Of a DNA stretch of 64,000 nt, positions 63,611 through 64,000 are shown in pieces. This stretch comes from Zootoca vivipara (taxonomy: Eukaryota). Position 1 is the stretch's first letter. Every line of letters starts with the position of its first letter. The stretch covers positions 98,394,001 through 98,458,000 of the forward strand of contig NC_083277.1 of NCBI RefSeq assembly GCF_963506605.1, written 5' to 3'. The notes under the pieces were generated by a model. The model saw only the letters and a list, made by a program, of their open reading frames with translations, was not told the origin of the DNA and did not search any database. The position numbers were made by a program, and so were the translations under genes.

Positions 63611-64000
63611 CACAGAAAATTGGTTTAGCATACCACTGTTTACAGTGATCTGTTAAATCAGTTGCCTATTATTTATTATCCTGCTATTCTGGTGCAAAAT
63701 TTCCACTTAAAAACTTCTAACATTATAGTTTTATTTTATTTTAAATATTCTAACACAGCCAAGCAGGATTGGAAGAATGAATGCACCCTTAAGCTACAGG
63801 CCATCTGCCGTAGCATCCAGCCATGGAGAGCTGGTGTTAGGAGTTTTCAGCACTGCAAACACTTTCATCAAATGAACCACCAGTCTCTCTGTCAGTTGTT
63901 GTTGTTGTTGTTGTTACTTATTAGTTGCTTTTTTAAAACAAATGTAACAACAACGAATAAATAAATAAATAAATAACACTTGGAGTAAAACCAACACAAA

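Overview
Vertebrate genomic DNA, almost certainly from a squamate reptile: it carries Sauria-type SINEs and tRNA-headed SINEs with CR1 tails, and a lacertid lizard is an inference. The window holds the conserved amniote block NPLOC4(-) / TSPAN10(+) / PDE6G(-) / OXLD1(-) / CCDC137(+), syntenic with human 17q25.3. From splice signals and recalled protein sequences I reconstructed NPLOC4 coding exons 1-12 (the gene continues left of the window), complete CDSs for TSPAN10 (~335 aa), PDE6G (87 aa) and OXLD1 (~179 aa), and CCDC137 exons 1-4. Introns are rich in transposons: a young 5'-truncated L1 with an unbroken ORF2 segment and a 30-bp target-site duplication (TSD), CR1, Rex/Babar-like, L2, Penelope-like, Sauria SINEs, and hAT and Tc1/mariner MITEs, with several nested insertions. 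The most notable observations are a minimal hammerhead ribozyme motif and a long hairpin inside a Penelope-like insertion ~25 bp after the TSPAN10 stop codon, a GC donor at NPLOC4 intron 12, and the sense-oriented L1 in NPLOC4 intron 2. I found no evidence for a wholly new gene system. Most ORFs in the supplied track are chance ORFs or repeat-derived. All family assignments come from recognition, not database searches.
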